Position numbers and translations under genes: made by a program. Under the pieces are notes generated by a model. It had not been told where the DNA came from and made no database searches. It worked only from the letters and a program-made list of their open reading frames with translations. Positions 58,148-64,000 of a stretch of 64,000 bases of DNA are shown piece by piece. Source of the DNA: Eledone cirrhosa (taxonomy: Eukaryota); contig OZ024740.1 of assembly GCA_964016885.1 (NCBI GenBank), forward strand, positions 244,466,001 through 244,530,000. Direction: 5' to 3'. Each line of letters starts with the position of its first letter. Positions within the stretch are counted from its first letter, which is position 1.

Positions 58148-61100
58148 TTACAGACTCATACTCAGAGTAGGCCCATTCACTCGGGCCATACTTGCCTCTC
58201 TCACCCATCTTTCAACAAAATGCTGGGAAGAGAGCACTTCCCTCTCTACCCTGATTTTCCTTTTCAAATGAAATTTGAAAAAGTTAATCAGAGCATCACT
58301 GAAGAAGTAAGTGCTCGTCTTCAGCCCTTTCAGACGCGTCCACCAGACTATCTCTTTCGCCATGGCCACCAGACAGATAAAAACTGCCTGCCCTTCCCGG
58401 CTAAAGGAAGAGGGCGGGGAAATCCTCACGATGGACTCATCTGATAGCCGGATCCGTTCTACACGCGACAGCAGGTGTTCGACATAAACCCCACAAGTCA
58501 GCAATGCTCGGACACTGGACGAGTGTGTGCAGGACGGTTTCGTCGCCCTGCGCGCATCTCGGACATGTCCGGCTGACGGCACCTCCATGCCTGTAGAGTT
58601 TATCCCGAACTGGCAAAGCTACTCGGTAGCACTGCCAGGCCAGGGATTTCTGGAAGTTGTCCATAGGCCCCGGCCCGAAAGTCCTTCCGAAGAGATGGGC
58701 TAGTTGATTTTCGTCGACGCCTAGAGTTTCTCCAAGTACGTCGTCGCTCTTCCCCTCCACTAATCCTCTATAGAACGCCAAGGTGGAGTTTCTACCGATC
58801 ACATTGCCCGATTGATCGAGGGCTGTGAGCGCCTTAAGACATTCCAGTCTCCAAGCGCTCCCTCTCGGTCTTCGCTTGACCCAGGACTGTAGCTCCGTCA
58901 AGGAGACGAGCTGAGGAAATACGTGTCTAGCAAACGGCGACCACACCTGATCACCGTCAAGGAAGAGGTGGAGATGTCGTAGCCTGAGCGCGTGTCTGCG
59001 CATCATCAGCTACGGCATGCCCAGCCCTCCACGTAGCGTGTGTTGACAGCAGATGGACCGCCTGACCATCGGAGCGCGTCCCTTCGACTAAAAGCGAAAG
59101 AGCAAACGCTCCAGCGCAGTCAGGCGGGGCTTAGGACAAGGTACGACGGTCAGGCGGTAGTAGATGACGGACGCGATATACGCGTTAGCCACCTCCGCTC
59201 GACCTTTCAGGGATAGCTTCCTCTCCGCCCATTTCTAGGTGAGAGAAGCCACCCTGCTCGTCACCTCGTCCCAGTTTTTGTCCGTCTGGAGGTCCGGAAC
59301 GAATCAGACCCCTAGCAATTTAACCGTCCGTCCAGCGCCCGACGACGCTGTTGCACGGCATGGACCTGCCTCTCCAGGTGCTGAGCTGCAGGCTCACTGA
59401 CTTTTCCTGGTTGATCATTGCTCCTGTTACCGCTTCGTATTCTCTTAGTGTAGTGCCGATCGCCTCGATGTGTTTGGCGTTCGACACCACTACGGTGACA
59501 TCGTCCGCATATGCTGACACAGATCTTCCGCATCCTAGTTTGCGCGGGACCCCCCTCAACGTCTCCAGTTTGTGCAGTAATGGCTCGAGAGTCTATACGT
59601 AGAAGAGGGACGAGAGGGGACATCCTTGGCGAACCGACCGCATGATGTTGAACGGTTCCGAAAGGTGGCCGTTCACTCTCACTACAGAGCAGATGTCGCT
59701 GTGCATGGCAGCGATCTAGCCTCTGAAGACGGGCCCAAAGCCAGCCGCCCTCAGGACTGCCGCTAGGTAACGATGGTCGACCCTATCGAAAGCTTTCGAC
59801 TGATCTAAATTGATCAAGGACCCACCCGTGCCAGGTTCCCTAGCTACCCTCTCTACGATGTATCGCATGAGATGGAGGTTGTCGTGGATGGATCTGTCGG
59901 GAATGGCGCATGTCTGCGCCTCTCCCATTAGACCACCAACGACAAGCGCCAACCTCTTTGCTAGCACCTTGGCCAAAATCTTGAACTCTGTGTTTAGCAG
60001 AGTTATGGGCCTGAAATTATCTATGTTATTCCCCTTGTTCGGATCCTTTCTCAGCAGCGCCACCGCTCCTCGGCTCACAGAGCTGGGAATTCTCCCATTC
60101 TGTTGCCAGTTGCAGTAGACGTCCGCCAAGAGGCCTCCGAACAAGTCTGGCATCTGTACGTAAAGTTCATAGGGCAGACCATCCAAACCAGGCGATTTGC
60201 CCCTTGTGCAGCCAGTCATTGCCTTCCGTACTTCAGCGGCTGTTATCGACTTTTCGCAACACTCCGCCTCAGTGGCCGAGAGCTGCGGCAGTCCGTCGAG
60301 GTAGACACTAAAGTTCATCCCTCGATCTGGCCCGCCGCTGCCCCCGAACAGCTGTGCGAAGTGTCGCTGAAATGCTTCACACATTTGCTCGGGATCGAGT
60401 AGCATGCGCCCGTCGTGGTCCACCAAAGACCGGATCGTGGCTTTGTTGCCACGACGCGCCTCCGCCACTCGGGCCCATTGAACGGCTTTCGTTCCCTCGT
60501 GTCTGAGAGCACGCACCCTAGCTCTGACACCGCAGCCTTCGTGCTTTGCTTTGAAGAATTGGTCAAGGACCAATTTCGCCGCAAGTACGTCGGTCGCGAT
60601 GCCTTTGCTAAGCGCCTCGTCTAATTTTCTAACTAGTTCTCCCTCTGCTCTATTTTTCTCTATTGCTAAAGCCTTACTAAACCTAATGGACTCTATTCTA
60701 ATTGATCTTTTCAGAGCAAACCACCATTTGTTGTTGACGATGCCCCCCGTCAACGCCCGCTTAACTAGTTCGCTAATCCGGTCTCTGTAGGCCTTGCGCG
60801 CTGGTAAGGACGCGTTTAGCTTCCAGTAGCCGGGGCCCCGCCTATGAAGCCTATCTAAGTCAAGCACACAGATCACGAATTTGTGGTCCGTGTAGCTGAC
60901 TATCTTGATTTGTGGACAGCCTATGCTAGACCTATCTATTTCCCTACAAAATACTCTATCTAGATATGATCTGGATGACCCTATACGATTTGTCCAAGTC
61001 CACATTGGCACATTCGGGAAATCCAATCGGTACCTGTCAGACAGTTCAAAACGCCTGAGCAGGTTGGTGAGGCTCTTGCACCCTCCTCCCCTATCTGCTA

Positions 61101-61562
61101 ATCCCACACAGTCCCAGCGTGCATCTAAGATCCCGTTCCAGTCGCCCATTAACACTAAAGAGCGGGACGTTCCAAGAAAGGTCTCCCGACGCCGGAAGAA
61201 ATCAGGCCGCCCTGCTCCTGTCGGGGCATAGACGACCGCTAGCCTGAAAGCTTGCCCGTCTCCGCTGGTCACGTCCAGCACCACCAACTTACCTTCTGGG
61301 TCCAGGAAGATGGCCCGTATGGCAAAATCCAAACCTCTCCGAAAAAGCACAGCAACTCCTCCCCCGATCCAGGACGGCTCGGAGATGCGTACACATCGTA
61401 GCCGCCGAAGATCGGTGCGAAGGCCAGTGTTTCGGAGATTCTGGTCTCGCTGATGGCCACTACATCTATGTTTAGTGACCTGAGGTCGTTGAGCAGGTGG
61501 CCCTGCTTCCATGACGACCCCAAGCCACGCGCATTTATGCTGCCTATTCTGAGTGAGGTCAT
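58148..61562 (-). pseudogene. Tx1/L1-like ORF2 (APE endonuclease plus reverse transcriptase), disrupted
   Basis: SINARGL...ISET, VYAP, MGDWN, SYLDRVF, TDHK, KSPGLDGLPYE, NFRPITLLNTEFKIL, LDQSKAFDRV, AYADDV and CPRC, spread over several frames. Confidence 0.9.
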
Positions 61563-62330
61563 GTTGAAATGGAGTGGAAAAGATGGGAAAGACCACTTAC
61601 CTTACTTTTCGTAGAGGAAGGATGGTTTTTCCATCCTTTTCACTGCTTGTGGCCTCCTCCGGAAGGATGTCCTTATAAATCCTCCTGGAGAGTGCTTGTC
61701 GGAAGTCTCCGATGTCTTTGGGGAATTTTTTTTTTAGTGTCGTGTACGTTTTCTGTGTGATGCGAGTGATTGTATGTGTGGAGGTGGTGTGAACTTTTGG
61801 GTTGTTGTGTAGTTTTTTTCCGTGATGCTGGTGTTGTGTTGGATGTAGTGTAATAATTGGTTGTTGTTCAAATTTAATGATGTGTAGTGTGTATCGTTTT
61901 GGTTGCTTTGTTTTGTTTGCGTTTGTTGTGGGTTTGTTTCTGTTTCGCTTTTTGGTGACTTTTGTGGTGTTGGTGATGTTGGTGTTGAGGTTAATGATGG
62001 TGATGGTGTTGGTGTTTGTGGTGATGGGGTTGTTGATGCTGGTGTGGATGGTGGCATATCTGTCCTAACTTTTGTGTTTGATTGTTTATTTGTTTCCCTC
62101 TGTATTTTGTTTTTGGAGGGGGAGGGAAGAGAATTTTTTTCTTTTTTGGTTTCTTTTTTTCTTTTTTCCTGATACCGTTTCCCACTCCCCGTCGTCACAA
62201 TCTGTCTCTAGTTGTGATAGGCTGGTGAATGGAAAATCCTCCACAGGCGTTAGTTTTAGTTGTGGAGTGGTGGATGGTGTAGGCGCTGGTGCTAGTTCTG
62301 GCGCGTTGGGTGGTGATGGTGTTGGTTTTG

Positions 62331-62985
62331 CTACTGTTGTTGGGTTGTTGCTGTTACAGTTGCTTCTGTTGTTGCTGCTACAGTTGTTGCTGCCATCTCT
62401 GCTGCTGGAGGTGTTGATGGTTGAGTCACTGGGGTGGGTAAGAGAGGTGGCCTCAACCTTTTATCCTGAGGGCAGAAAGCCCTTAGGTGGGTTCCTTCAC
62501 CACAAACGACGCACCTAAGTCTTCTGCCCTCGACGATTACGGTGAGGTGGCTGCCGTCAGTGAGGGCTATTACCTCTGGGATCTCCTCAATGCTTTTATG
62601 GTCTGCTTGGATCAGGAGCTCCATCCCAGATCCGGACCAGTTCTCCTGCTTTTCTTTCGCTATTTCGATTATCTTGGTGTTGGCTTCGATGCCGGCGAGG
62701 ACGGCAGCTATTAGCCAGGGAATTTCGATGGCCGGTGGAACGTGGGTCACCCTGATCTTTACGAGTCTCTGGCCACAATAGCTTGGGACGAGTGTGAAGT
62801 CGTCACTTCTTAATGTGGCCATGGAGTGTTCTCTGGCATCCTGTGGTGTTTCAAAGAACACGTCCACGGTTCCATATTTCTGCCCACGTCTGATGTGGGG
62901 TTTTTTTGCCCACACATGTCCCAAAGCTTTTTGGATTTGGGACTCGGATGCCCGTTCCACTCGGCGCGATTTTATGTTAATCGTC
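62331..62985 (-). pseudogene. Tx1/L1-like ORF1 (gag-like) fragment
   Basis: CVVCGEGTHLRAFC is a CX2CX4HX4C zinc knuckle, preceded by an RRM-like region and followed by a T/A/P-rich tract. Confidence 0.75.
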
Positions 62986-63117
62986 CGATAAGGATGAAAG
63001 GCAAAGTCAACCTCGGCGGGATTTGAACTCAGATCGTAAAGGGACGTAACTATGCTGGAAACCATGGCGTCCGACCCTCTACCGATACTGCCAATCCACA
63101 ATAATAATAATAATAAT

Positions 63118-64000
63118 GATTTCTTTAGTAAGATTTGGAGTGATAAGAAGACATATAATGGTAATGTAGATTGGATTAGTCGCCTGGAAAAATCCTACAC
63201 AAATTTAGAAGAACAGGCGTGGGAAGACATCTCTATAGCGGACTTAAGAACAGCACTCAATAAATCTCATAAATGGAAATCTCCTGGTTGATCAGGGTGC
63301 CAAATTTCTGGCTTTCCTCCCTCCCGTGCACTCACAATATATTGGTCAAGCTGTTTAATGAAATTATGAAAGATCCAAAAAATACACCTGATTGGATAGC
63401 AAGTGGCATTACCTACCTTCTACCAAAGAACAACGAAACCAAAGATAAAAAAAACTATCAGCCCATAACCTGCTTGTCCACCACTTATAAACTATTAACC
63501 CCTATTCTCGTGGAAAAAGCATACGTGTTTTTGGAGGAGAACATTCTTTTGCCCTTTGAACAAAAAGGGTGCCGACGAGGTTCATATGGTTGCAAAGATC
63601 AACTTTTGATTAACCGTATGATCCTTGGGAACTGTCATAATAAATCTCAGTTCTGCATGGATCGATTATAAAAAAGCCTTTGACAGCATACCACACTCAT
63701 GGATTCTGAAATCACTGGTCTTCTTAAAAATCTCACCTGTGATCTCAAACTTCCTGAAACACAATATGTCATTATGGAACACAAATCTCCAATTATCTCA
63801 TTCCACTGGGGTACTGTGCTCTAGGTATATAAACATCAACTATGGTATATTCCAGGGTGACTCACTTTCACCCTTGCGTTTCTGCATAGCTTTAATACCC
63901 CTTACATCCGAACTTAATAGAACAGGGTACGGTTATAGAATTGACAACAAGGTGCTAGCCATAAATTCCTTGGCAGTCCCAGTTGTCACTTTTAGCTTCG
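63118..64000 (+). mobile_element. 5'-truncated R4/Dong-like non-LTR retrotransposon RT region
   Basis: WKSPG, PNFWL, PDWIASGITYLLPK, NYQPITCLSTTYKLLT, EQKGCRRGSYGCKDQLLI, IDYKKAFDSIPHSWI and GIFQGDSLSP. It begins directly after a (TAA)n tract. Confidence 0.8.

Larger units (their letters stand above)
57890..62985 (-). mobile_element. Near full-length, decayed Tx1/L1-like LINE
   Basis: ORF1 with a CCHC knuckle and a low-complexity tail, then ORF2 with APE endonuclease, RT and C-terminal Cys motif, broken by stops and frameshifts. The 3' end has AATAAA and an (ATT)n tract at about 57865-57890. Confidence 0.9.

Overview
AT-rich, microsatellite-dense animal genomic DNA. The SINE/LINE repertoire looks like an octopus-type cephalopod (inference). 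The only host coding sequence I can support is the first coding exon (minus strand, 21637-21884) of a procollagen galactosyltransferase (COLGALT/GT25-family) gene, so most of 1-21636 is probably intron. The rest is mobile-element debris: tRNA-derived SINEs, several RTE-clade LINEs, a near-complete but decayed Tx1/L1-like LINE, an R4/Dong-like LINE, Penelope-like (Naiad-type) RT/GIY-YIG remnants, Helitrons and a probable solo LTR. The most striking signal is about 19 complete or near-complete type I hammerhead ribozyme motifs from roughly ten sequence families. Nearly all sit in short non-coding cassettes embedded in (TA)n microsatellites, often as head-to-head fold-backs or partial tandem repeats (591-bp and about 423-bp monomers). 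One family carries a compensatory U3-A8 core. This looks like a TA-targeted Penelope-pLTR/retrozyme-like system. All folds were read by eye, coordinates of decayed repeats are approximate, and no activity or expression can be shown from sequence alone.
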